From: Pelagomonas calceolata
Taxonomy: Eukaryota
Direction of reading: 5' to 3'
Length of the DNA stretch: 64,000 nt
NCBI GenBank assembly: GCA_918797485.1
Contig: CAKKNE010000001.1
Coordinates: 6,200,001 to 6,264,000 of the forward strand
Part shown: piece after piece, positions 41,341 through 51,300 of the stretch
Position numbering within the stretch: the first letter of the stretch is position 1
Layout of the letters: every line of letters starts with the position of its first letter
Position numbers and translations under genes: made by a program
Notes under the pieces: generated by a model
The model's database searches: none
Seen by the model: the letters and a program-made list of their open reading frames with translations, nothing else
What the model was told of the DNA's origin: nothing

Positions 41341-42087
41341 CTACTCCTTCTTCGCGTAGACCGTCGACGCGAAGGGTCCGACGGCCTGGAGCATGTCCTC
41401 GACCGCGACGCCCTGCTGGATCAGGTAGACCATGAGCATGTTATTGGCGTGGATTTGCCCGGCGAAGAAGAGGATCTCTCCGTACATCTCCTTGGTGACG
41501 CCCATGCTCTCCAGGTGCGCTGCCTCGCGTTCCAGCAGCAGACCCTTGTGGCAGATCGCGTACTTCGTGGCGATCGCGATCGTGCGCGCTCGCTCATTCT
41601 GGGTCGGAAGGCCGCCGTCCACGATCAGCTTGACATCCTCCTGAGATAAAGGACCGCCCATGGCAGGGCCACTGCCCATGGCGTGGAACGAGAGACACAT
41701 CTCGCAGTTGTTCGCGGCGCTGACCACGGTGTAGATGATCTGCTTCTCGGGATCGGTAATGTAAGTCATCGGGTACGAGTCAAGGAGCTTCTCCTTGTCC
41801 GTGAAGAGCTTGACCATCGCCGGCGTGAATTGCGGCATGGACCAGAGGGCGAGCGGAGGCATGCCTCCCACCTCCGTCGCATACTTCAGGGCATCAGCCT
41901 TCTGCTCCTCCGTCGGCACCTGCGTGCAAATTAACCAGTGTCTGCGCCTTCGCGTAGCAGCGTAGAGCCGGCGCTGCCAGGTGGCAGTCGGCTCGAAGTA
42001 AATATTGATGACCGCGCGGATCGCTACGACAATGGAGCCGTCGTCGTTGTAGCCGGGCAGCTTCGCAAGCTCTTCGAGAGATGACAT
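41341..42087 (-). CDS. AhpD/carboxymuconolactone-decarboxylase-like protein; predicted intron at 41920-41994
   Basis: EKQIIYTVVSAANNCEMCLSFH (AhpD-type CxxC..H); ATG at 42087. Confidence 0.75.
   Translation of the reverse strand: MSSLEELAKLPGYNDDGSIVVAIRAVINIYFEPTATWQRRLYAATRRRRHWLICTQVPTEEQKADALKYATEVGGMPPLALWSMPQFTPAMVKLFTDKEKLLDSYPMTYITDPEKQIIYTVVSAANNCEMCLSFHAMGSGPAMGGPLSQEDVKLIVDGGLPTQNERARTIAIATKYAICHKGLLLEREAAHLESMGVTKEMYGEILFFAGQIHANNMLMVYLIQQGVAVEDMLQAVGPFASTVYAKKE
41920..41994 (-). mobile_element. Degenerate introner, 75-nt predicted GA-AG intron
   Basis: 3' end cactggttaatttgcacgcag matches the family TIR; flanking 8-mers gagccgac / gtgccgac (7/8); the other TIR is not recognisable. 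Confidence 0.7.
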
Positions 42088-42440
42088 GGTTCGCGTGGGC
42101 AGCTTTTTTGGTCTTGTTGGGGGGAGCAATCGATTCTCTGTGAGAGGCTGCCAAAGCTGACGTGGCAGGTGATGTTCCGGAGGGTTGCACGGCCTCCTGG
42201 AACCATCAATCAACACAAAAACTGCGTGGGGCGTCTTTTTTTCTTGCTAGTGTCTTACAGGCCGCTAGCGCGGATTTCTAAACTCGAGCCAGGCCAGCTC
42301 ACAGAGATGGCTCGCTAGCATCCATTCTTGGCTGAGATAGTTCGTTTATTGCGGTCGCGCCACGAGCAGTACAGCAAGTTGGAGCGACATCCAACAGCTG
42401 TAGATAGCCTCAGCAGCATCAGCAGCATCAGCAGCTAAGG

Positions 42441-45400
42441 ATGCGCGTCCCATTTCGCAAGCTGCGCAACCTCGCGAAGACTACAGAGGCCTTGGTGGTC
42501 TCCGCCTGGCTCACGAGGCAAGGCCATCCGCCGTCGCGACGGCTCGTGCTGCCAGAACAACTCACCGCGTCGCTCGCCCTGCCCGAGCCGGCCGCGGCGA
42601 TCGACGAAGGCGCGTGGCGCGCGGCCGAGACGATCGAGGCGCTCGAGGGCCTCACGTTCGGCGAAGCGATCGCGCCGCCGTCGACGATCGAATGCTTCGA
42701 TATCAGTCATTTTTGCGGGCTGCAGACCGTGGGCGCGTCGTCGGCCTTTGACCGCGGCGTGCTGGCGCCGGACCGCTACGGCTGGTACTCTCTCAGCGAC
42801 GGCCCGCCGGACGACCCGGCCGCCATCGCCAGGTCCGTGACCCAACGTCTCGAGGAGACGGACCCGCCGGACCTGTTTGTCCTCGACGGCGGTATCGCCC
42901 AGCTCAACGCCGCCACGCGCGCCGTCGCCGCGGCCGGCGCCTCGACGCGCTGTATCTCGCTCGCCAAGCGCGAGGAGCTCATCTACGGCGCTGGGCCGAC
43001 GCCTCTCGCGCTGCCGCGGCACTCGCCGACGCTCACGCTGCTACGACGTCTCCGAGACGAGGCGCACGCGGCGGCCCTGTTGGCGCACCGCCGCGCCCGC
43101 GGTCGCGCGGGCGAGACGACGTTTGCGTCGGTGCTCGACGAAGCGCCCCTCGATCCCGACGCGAAGCGAAGCCTCCGCGCCGCCTTTACGTCCGCGGCGG
43201 ACCTGCGCGAGGCGCCAATTGACGCGCTCCGCGACATCATCGGCGACGACGCCGCCGCCGTCCAGTCGTGGCTCGCCGCGCCGGCCGCAACTCAGCAAGC
43301 CGAAAATTTCGACGACCTCGCTGCGCTCGTCGTCGGCAAGGGCGGCGCCGTCGACGCCGTCGCCGCGGACGGCCGGCGCCGCGCGTCCTCGGCCGTGGTC
43401 GACGCTGCCGCCGAGGCGCAGGCGCGGCGGTGGTGGCAGCCGCGGCGGGCCCTGCGCCTCGAGACCGCGGACCCTATACATCTCGCGCGGCTCCTCGAGG
43501 CCGCCTCTGAAGGCACCGGGCTCGACGACGCCCTGCTGTCGTGGACGCGGCCGTCGCACACGGAGGAGCGTCCCGTCGTCGCGGCTTCGACGCCTCTCCC
43601 GGCCAATCAGATGATGAAGCGCGCCGGCCCGGCGTTCGAGCCGACGCCCGGGACGTTCCAGATGCGCTCGCCCTACGAGCCGCGCGGCGACCAGCCGACG
43701 GCGATCGCGCACCTCGTCAAGGGCTTAGGACGAGGGACGCCGCGCGTAGTGCTCGCCGGCGCGACGGGCACGGGCAAGACCTTCGTCCTCGCCCACGCCA
43801 TCGAAGCTTTATCAAAGCCGACCCTCGTCCTCGCGCCGAACAAGGTCCTGGCGGCGCAGCTCTGGTCCGAGCTCCATTCGCTCTTCCCGGACAACTGCGT
43901 CAAGTTCTTCTGCTCGCACTTTGACTTCTACCGGCCCGAGTCCTACTCTAGGGCTACGGACAACTACGTCGAGAAGCGGTCGGCGACGAACAGCCGCATC
44001 GACGCCCTGCGCCACGACGCGACGCGGTCCCTGCTCGAAAGGCGCGACACGATCGTCGTCGCCACCGTGTCGTGCATCTACGGTCTAGGGATGCCCGCGG
44101 AGTACGTGGAATCTGCAGTCCCTTTGCAGGAGGGCCAGCCCTGGGCCTCGCCGGCGGCGCTCGCCGACACGATAGCTAGTTTACGATACGCGCCCGGCAG
44201 CAGCGACCGCGGTTCTTATTCACTCGCCGAGAATGATGGCGCCGTGACGCTCTCCGTCGGGCTCGTCGTCGACGACTTGCGCCTCGATGTGCGCTTAGTA
44301 AGTGACGATACCTGGACGATCGAGTCGCTCGCCCTCGTCGGCGAGGACACTTCTTCAACGGTCGACGCGTACGTGCTCTACCCGGCGTCGCACCACGCGG
44401 CGACGCCGGAGGAGATCGAGCGGGCCTGCGACGATATAGAAATTGAGCTCGTGCAGGAGCTGGAGCGGCACCTCGCCGCGGGTCGCTGGCGCGAGGCGGA
44501 ACGCTTGCGACGCCGCGTTGCCGACGACGTGGCCATGCTGCGGGCGGAAGGCTGGTGTGCGGGCGCCGAGAACTACGCGCGGCATCTGAGCGGTCGCGCC
44601 GAGCACGAGGCGCCCGCGACGCTGATCGATTATTTTCCCGACGACGACTGGCTGCTTGTTGTTGATGAGGCTCATGTAGCAGTCCCGCAGCTCCGCGGCA
44701 TGCACGCCGGCGACCGCGCGCGGAAGTCTTCGCTGGTGGAGAACGGGTTCCGGCTGAAATCCGCCCTGGACAACCGCCCGCTCACGGCGTCGGAGTTCTG
44801 GGCGCGCGTGCCGCAAGCCGTGCTTGCGACGGCCACGCCGTCCGAGGACGTGCTCGACATGTGCGATCGAAGCCCAGAGAACGTCGCGTCATTAGTGGTG
44901 CGGCCCACGGGCGTCGTCGATCCGTCAGTTACGGTCGTCAACGCTTCTAAGGCGGGCGGGCTCGAGGACCACCTCCTCGCGGCCGTTTCCAACGCGGAGG
45001 GACGGGCACTCGTGACTTGTTTGACCAAACGTTCCGCCGAGGCGCTGGCGGACTTTTTGACGAGCCACGGCATTCCCGCGGCGTGGCTCCACGCGGACTT
45101 GGATAGCCAGAAGCGGTTGAAGGTCTTGGACGCGCTGCGCCGTGGCGACCTGAAGGCCGTCGTGGGCTGCAATTTATTGAGAGAAGGACTTGATTTGCCC
45201 CAGGTCTCGCTCGTGGCGATCGTCGGCGCGGAGAAGCGCGGTTATCTGCGGAGCGCCACATCTTTAATTCAGACCATTGGTCGGGCGGCGCGGCACGTCA
45301 ATGGGGAAGTACTGTTGTATACGGACGACGGCTTCGTGAGCGATTCGATGCGGGAAGCGATTGAAGAGACGAATAGGCGTCGCTCAATTCAGCTGCGCTA

Positions 45401-45776
45401 CAACGAAGACAACGGCGTGACGCCGCGGGGCGCGGCCGCGGCGGGTGGCGACGCGAACGACGCCCTCGCGGAGCTGCTCGGTCCCTCGCGCGGCGGTCCG
45501 GGAGGAGGAGGCGCGATGCGCGAGCTGCCGGTCTTCGAAGACCCCACGGACGAGGCGCTCCACGTCGCACTCCGCGAGTGGCGCAAGGCGACGGCCGCGG
45601 CCAACCGAAAGCGCCCCTTCCGCGTCTTCCCCGAACGCACGCTGCAAGACCTCGTCGCAAAGAAGCCCACGACCACCTCCGAGTTGAAGGAGGTCTGGGG
45701 CCTCGGGCCGGCGCGGCTGGCGCGGCACGGCGACGAGGTGCTGGCGGTGGTGCGGGAGTACGTGGTGTCGCGTTGA
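42441..45776 (+). CDS. UvrC (RNase H-like nuclease + HhH)-UvrB helicase-HRDC fusion protein
   Basis: UvrC: IECFDISH, DD, PDLFVLDGG..QL, SLAKREE, LRDEAH. UvrB: PRGDQPTAI, GATGTGKT, APNKVLAAQL, FDFYRPESY, DEAH, NLLREGLDLPQVSLV, LIQTIGRAAR, ETNRRR. HRDC: LREWRK..PFRVF..TL..L..P...L..V.G.G. Confidence 0.92.
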   Translation: MRVPFRKLRNLAKTTEALVVSAWLTRQGHPPSRRLVLPEQLTASLALPEPAAAIDEGAWRAAETIEALEGLTFGEAIAPPSTIECFDISHFCGLQTVGASSAFDRGVLAPDRYGWYSLSDGPPDDPAAIARSVTQRLEETDPPDLFVLDGGIAQLNAATRAVAAAGASTRCISLAKREELIYGAGPTPLALPRHSPTLTLLRRLRDEAHAAALLAHRRARGRAGETTFASVLDEAPLDPDAKRSLRAAFTSAADLREAPIDALRDIIGDDAAAVQSWLAAPAATQQAENFDDLAALVVGKGGAVDAVAADGRRRASSAVVDAAAEAQARRWWQPRRALRLETADPIHLARLLEAASEGTGLDDALLSWTRPSHTEERPVVAASTPLPANQMMKRAGPAFEPTPGTFQMRSPYEPRGDQPTAIAHLVKGLGRGTPRVVLAGATGTGKTFVLAHAIEALSKPTLVLAPNKVLAAQLWSELHSLFPDNCVKFFCSHFDFYRPESYSRATDNYVEKRSATNSRIDALRHDATRSLLERRDTIVVATVSCIYGLGMPAEYVESAVPLQEGQPWASPAALADTIASLRYAPGSSDRGSYSLAENDGAVTLSVGLVVDDLRLDVRLVSDDTWTIESLALVGEDTSSTVDAYVLYPASHHAATPEEIERACDDIEIELVQELERHLAAGRWREAERLRRRVADDVAMLRAEGWCAGAENYARHLSGRAEHEAPATLIDYFPDDDWLLVVDEAHVAVPQLRGMHAGDRARKSSLVENGFRLKSALDNRPLTASEFWARVPQAVLATATPSEDVLDMCDRSPENVASLVVRPTGVVDPSVTVVNASKAGGLEDHLLAAVSNAEGRALVTCLTKRSAEALADFLTSHGIPAAWLHADLDSQKRLKVLDALRRGDLKAVVGCNLLREGLDLPQVSLVAIVGAEKRGYLRSATSLIQTIGRAARHVNGEVLLYTDDGFVSDSMREAIEETNRRRSIQLRYNEDNGVTPRGAAAAGGDANDALAELLGPSRGGPGGGGAMRELPVFEDPTDEALHVALREWRKATAAANRKRPFRVFPERTLQDLVAKKPTTTSELKEVWGLGPARLARHGDEVLAVVREYVVSR

Positions 45777-45843
45777 TTATTCACGCGCCGCGCGTTTTGT
45801 TTGTGTTTTAGATGTGTTAATACTACTAATCGGGAGGACACAC

Positions 45844-46612
45844 TCACGCGACGCGGGCCTTCTTGGCCTTGGCGCGCATGTCGTCCAGCGTCTCGTCGTC
45901 GGGGTCTTCGCCGCCGCCGAGCTCGTGGAGGACAGAGGAGGCAGCAGAGACGCGCCGCCCGGCGGCGGGCTCGTCCGGTGGGGCGAACGTCGGGATCATC
46001 AACTTCTCCTTGGCCGGCGCCGGCGCCTTGCGCTTGGGCGGGTCCGAGCCGCGAAAGTCGACGGCGGGCTCGAGCGGCGCCGCGCGCGGCGGCGAGACGC
46101 GCGCGACGGACGGCTCGTAGAACTCGCGGCGGAACTTGACGCAGAGGTCGCTGGCCTTGCCCGCGAAGAGCACGTCGACCTCCTTCGCGAGCTCGTCCTT
46201 GGCCGCGGGGTCCTTGGCCGACCTGCGCGTCACGCCGTCGACGCGAGACGAAGGCGGACAGTTCGACGCCGCACGACAACTTGGCGTAGACGGCGAGCGC
46301 CCGCGTGAAGTTGTCGTAGACGCGCGTCCCGCGGGGGAAGCGGCCGGCCACGAGCGCGATGAAAGACCTCGCGTCGCTCGCCCGCTGCGCGGCGACCAGG
46401 CGGTAGTGCTCTGACGGGCTCGGCGGCGCGATGCCGGCGGCGGCGTGGGCGGCCGACGGGCTTGGCGGCGAGGCCGCGGCGAGGGCGGCGGCCTGGGCGG
46501 CGCGCCGCGGGCTCACCACATCCACGGCGCCGAGCAACGCCGCGAGCGGGAGCGAGTCAGCCCGCGCCGCGAGTGGAAGCGAGTCGGCCCGTGAGAGCGG
46601 GAGCGTGTCCAT
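45844..46612 (-). CDS. Small protein with one PAH (paired amphipathic helix)-like domain; GT-AG intron at 46223-46274
   Basis: Spliced DARSFIALVAGRF..VYDNFTRAL..ELAKEVDVLFAG..DLCVKF resembles a Sin3 PAH repeat; the 52-nt intron joins two ORFs. Confidence 0.65.
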
Positions 46613-48455
46613 TGTTGCAAGCAGAGTCTGTAGTCGCGCTGGAGTGAGCGCGCGGGAGAATTATTTGCAAGGAAATGAGCGCGAGGAGCGACACGAGCGC
46701 GCGGAGGCGACAGGAGTGATATGCGGTGAATACCTAACGACTCTCAAGCCGCTTGAGCTAGGTAACCGCGTGTTTGACTCGATGACCGCGCACATTTAAG
46801 CTAGCTAGCGGCTGTGTAAGACACTAGGGATGCCTTGCAAGCCCGATCAAAACGCGGCATGCAGTCGTTCGAGTGCCGTTCGGTTCGCTAATGGTCCAAA
46901 GAGATCAATGGGACACGTACTGGGGGTCGAAAAGGGAATTTTTTTAATTCGCGGCGACGATGCCACGATAGGCCCACGGCGGCCGCGGCGGTTTAATCCT
47001 GTCAATCCCTGCCGAAGAGGTGTCCCTGGGGTCGCCTAGGGTCGGTACTATACACGTGCAAGCGCCTACACCGCACGCGCCGCCGCTTCCAGCATTTTCA
47101 ACCGAATTCTCTCAGCAGCCCACGCAGTGCTAGTAGGATTTGCCGAGGTCTCGCTTCCAGGGCTCTTGGAGAGCACTAGACTGCCGCATCGATGGCGTAT
47201 GCGGCACAGGCGACTACCCGCCACCAGACCTACCCCGAGAGGCCTCCAGGAGCCGATCTGCATCCGAAAAAAGTGTGCAATTTGGACCCGATCGCGCCCC
47301 GTTCCCGTCAAAAACGCTAATTATCCGAGGCCCCCCAGTAGTCGCCGTAGCGGTCTCGTCGGACCCTATACTACCCAACCGATAGTCAACTACGAGTATA
47401 TGACATCTATACCGCGAGAAGGGTACTTTGGGCTGCCCACGCTCGGGACGTGAACATCTTGATCTGGACCTCGCGCAAGTCGATCGATCATGGAAAAAAT
47501 GATTGTGCCACGGTCCATGGTGATGGTACACGGGCTGATGGTCGCAGGTCCATGTAATTTGCCCGTTTTGTGCGAGATCGTGCGGCCGCGAGTTGGACGA
47601 GGCGCGCCGAGTTTTCCGAATAAGTAATCCTATGTAGTAGACGTTCAGGCCGGTTATCTGGCCCGTCTGGTAACCGAAGCGCCTGAAACGCGAATTTATT
47701 TTACAACTCACCGGTCTGGGGCCTTTCTGGTGCTCCGTCTCCGCACCGTCGTCCGCGGAGAACGGGCAAGTCGGTCGATCGTGAATAGAACAACGGCGTT
47801 TTGGTTCTTCTGGGTGGTGGCGTCGCTGATACTCGCAAGTGTAGGCTTCGAGCCATTTTCGCATAAACGCGGGGGCGCGAAGTCTCCGTTTCGGGCGGCT
47901 CTAACGGGGCATCTAATCGTGCTCGCTGTCGTTCTGGTGGATATGATGGACTCTACCACTAACAAAAGGAAGGAAACGAACATAAACTCGGGAGTTGTCT
48001 AGTAGAATTCTTCTCCCGCCCTCCGAGCGCGGGCCGTCGGCTCCGGTTCCGTCAATTATGTATGAAAACTGGGCTGGAGTTGATATAATGTACCAATCGG
48101 ACGGTAGAAGCCGGCATTAATCGCTGGTGCACTTTGGCGAGCCGTAAGTCTCATCCGCGAATGTCGCGGGCGGTGCCTTCCGGGAGGCGCGAAGGTATGT
48201 TCCCAGGCCGCTACTCTGAAATATTTGGTCTCGGCGAACGACTAGGATGTATTCTGAATCTCGGTCATTCTTTTGACGCTATCGAGGCGTATCTTTGAAT
48301 TTGCTAGAGACCTTGATACGCTAGGTTGATTAACCGGTTTGCGGAGAGCACAGCTCGGAGAGAGGCTGCCCGAATTGCTCCATCGTCGCGCGGCGCAGAA
48401 GGAAGCGGCTTCCCGCGGTCGCGCCATCGCCCTCGCACGGTTTCCGAGCACCGCT

Positions 48456-49361
48456 ATGCGCTTGCTCCCTCTCCTCATGATCTACTGCGCCTGGGCCCTG
48501 CCCGGCCAGTACAAGAAGCGGCGCCGGCGCAAGAAGAAGAAGCAGAAACCAGAAAGAGTGCAGATCCACCAGGCCGACCTCTGCACGGGCTGCCTCAGCT
48601 TCGTCGAGGACTACCAGAAGACGCTCTCGGCAATCTACGAGGCGGGCGCGATGGACGGCCGGCGGGAGGAGGACCACATCCTGCCGGAGGAGATCAAGCG
48701 CGCGATGACGGCGCGCGAGACGCACTACTCGGACGAAATCAAGCAGGCGGGCCGCTACCTGCGCCAGGAGGCCCTGCACCGCGTTTAGACCTGTGTGGAA
48801 ATCGAGCAGTGAGGTAGATTCAATGCGGCGATGGCGGGGCGCCGCGAATTTTGATTTCCACACCAGGTACAGACGAGCTACCACCTCGACGTCGAGTCGA
48901 AGCAGCAGCTCGACGAGAAGGCACTGGTTTTGGCGCGCAAAAAGTCGCTCTGCGTCGACGACCTCGAGGCGTGCCAACCGTTCGACGTCGACAAGCCGGC
49001 GCCCACCGATAGTTGCGAAGCGTGCCGCGCGCTCGTCCCCGACTTGGAATTTGTGGCGAAGCGCGCGGGCCTGCACACGGCCGCGGGCGCGTCCAAGACC
49101 CGCGAGTGGCTCCGCGAGGCGCTCGGCGGCGTGTGCGACGACGCGCCCTTCCGCCACCCGCGGCCGCTCGCCGTCGAGACCTTCTGCGTGGAGCTCTTCG
49201 ACGAGCACGAGGATGACGTCGTGGCGGCCGTGGACTCGTTCTACGCCGCCGTCCGCGCGCTGGAGATCCCGTCCTTGGATTTGGAGGCGTCGATCTGCGT
49301 CGAGGTCGCCGGCGCGTGCGCGGCCGACGCGGTCAAGGACGCGCGGGCGGCGGAGCTGTGA
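48456..49361 (+). CDS. Secreted protein with two saposin-B-like Cys-patterned domains; introner intron at 48783-48866
   Basis: Signal peptide; LCTGCLSFV and CEACRALV...VCDD...FCVEL...ICVEVAGAC; C-terminal AAEL. Confidence 0.65.
48783..48866 (+). mobile_element. Short introner, 84-nt GT-AG intron
   Basis: TIRs ctgtgtggaaatc (48791) / gatttccacaccag (to 48866); flanks gtttagac / gtacagac (6/8); removal fuses two ORFs in frame. Confidence 0.88.
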
Positions 49362-49440
49362 TTGATAAGAGGTGTTGTTTTAGGCATCCCGAGAGAGGTT
49401 AGAAGCGAGTTACCCTACTGCGAGTACGGCGGAGAGCGCT

Positions 49441-50480
49441 CTACGGTTCGAGCTTCTTCAGGTTGTGCTGCTTGAACTGGTTCGTGATGAAGATCCGTCC
49501 CTCGTGGAAGAGCGTCAGCGAGACGATGGCCTTGGCGATGCCGATGCCCTGGCCGCGGAAAATGCCGGCGAGGCCGAACTTGGCCATGTCCGTACTGAGC
49601 TCCTTGAGCGCCGCCACCGTGGAGATGCTGTTGCCCTTGAGCGAGTTCGTCTGCATGATCACTTCCAGTCTCGACAGGGGATTCGTGACGAAGACGTAGA
49701 TCGGCGAGACGACCGCCGACGCGACGAGGTTCGTCGCCGTGCCCGACAGCGCGCCCGTGGCGCCGACCTGCTTCTGGACGTACTTTTGCAGCCGCGGCTG
49801 GCCGACGAGGCCGAGCATCGCCGACGCGAGCGAGTGGCCCATGAGCGGGATGGTGCCGCGGAAAAGGGGCGCGAAGTTCTTCGCGGCCGACTCGCGCAAG
49901 ATTTCCATGACGGGTTTGGAGGTCCCGGTCTGCTTAAAGTAGGCGCGCTGCTGCTTCTCGACGAGCCGCACGGGATTGATAAACGGCGCGCTGCAGATCG
50001 ACGCGCACGTCGCCGCCGCGAAGCCCGGCGTGCCCTCGCCCACAAAGTGCGAGTAGCCCAGCAGGAAGCCGAATTTGGGGACGCGCTTCAGCAAGACGCC
50101 GATGAGCCGCGGCCAGAGGCCGGACAGCGACGCGCTGAGCGGGTTCTTTTTGAAGGCGGCGTTGGCCTCGGCCTGGGCGGCCTTCGGGCTCACGGTGTTG
50201 CCCTCGAGGTCCTTGGCCTATATGCGATAACGGTTGACGGCGCGTTAAATTCCCGACGGACGCGGCGGCCGCGCGTATTGCTGCACGAGCTGGCGGTACG
50301 CGGTGACGGGGTTGTCGCCGACGGTTTGTATGGCGGAACCGCCAAGGTATGCGCACCTACATTAGACGTATTGTCGCCGACGCGCGTTTCGATTGGACAC
50401 AGATGAAAATGCATATTTTGGAACGGCGAGACGCCATTCTTGCCGACCTGGTAGTAGCTCTGGTCAAATAAGAAGCTCAT
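49441..50480 (-). CDS. Mitochondrial carrier family (SLC25) protein with divergent signature motifs; two predicted GC-AG introns (50357-50412, 50218-50274)
   Basis: Spliced length 308 aa; three repeats NPVTAYRQ / NPVRLVEK / NPLSRLEV, each followed by LSGL / LFRG / IFRG. Confidence 0.8.
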
Positions 50481-50865
50481 TGTCGCTTTTGCGGCGCCCG
50501 GCTTGCACGCCTGCGTCGCTACGGCCCGGCAAATCCCGTCCGACGTGGGCTAAACCCGTGCGAATTGATCCGTACTAAGAGCGTCCCATTGCCTCTCAGA
50601 GAGATCTTAAGGTTCGAAAGGCGATCATCGCACTGCGCAAGCAGGCCTCGACAACCCGGAGAACATCGGTGAGAGATCCGGCTTTGTTGGCAGTCTGCGC
50701 GACGCGGCAACGCGTTGTCCAGCCTACAGGCCTCGCGCAGTGCTTCTTTGCAATCGCATTAGTCGCCACGCGCAGCGTGCTTCGCGTCCGTACGCCAGGG
50801 CGGCTGTTCGAAGCCCACAAAGCCAATCAAGGCTTTTGGCCACGCGCGACCGCACTACGTGAAGC

Positions 50866-51204
50866 ATGCGTCGCCTCCTCGCACTCCTTGCGGTCGCGCT
50901 ACACACCGCTGCGGCCTTCGCGCCGCGGCCCAGCAGCATGCCGGCTGTCGTCAGGACGGCGTCGTCGAAGAAGGTCGACGTTGAGACCCCGGCGTGGCAC
51001 GTGGCCACGACCAACGCCTGGAAGCGCCTCCTGACCAAGCAAATGGGCAAGCGCGAGTTCGTCGGCTCGCGCGCCAAGCGCATCGCCATGAAGGTGAACC
51101 CGCTGACGCAGTGCGTCACGGACGAGGAGTGCCTCCTCGAGATCGAGGAGTCGGGCGAGTTCTTCGAGGAGCCGCCGCTCGACCGGGCGGAGACGCTGTC
51201 CTGA
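50866..51204 (+). CDS. Small putatively plastid-targeted protein
   Basis: Signal peptide ending in AAA-FAP (ASAFAP-type), basic transit region, acidic C-terminus with CVTDEEC. Confidence 0.6.
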   Translation: MRRLLALLAVALHTAAAFAPRPSSMPAVVRTASSKKVDVETPAWHVATTNAWKRLLTKQMGKREFVGSRAKRIAMKVNPLTQCVTDEECLLEIEESGEFFEEPPLDRAETLS

Positions 51205-51300
51205 GTCATTGGCCGTCCGCGCGCGACGCCGCCCCCTAGGGGATGCGCCTAAGAGCGGAATCGAATCTTCTCTATGATTACTACCAAACAAAGCGGCAGG

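Noticed and set aside
45398..46612. 404-aa minus-strand ORF overlapping the 3' end of the UvrC-UvrB gene
   Set aside because: It is better explained as read-through of a 52-nt intron; the spliced gene ends at 45844 and does not overlap
50391..50402. TIR-like ctgtgtccaatc near the 5' end of carrier intron 1
   Set aside because: No matching right TIR or convincing 8-bp TSD; too short to call an introner
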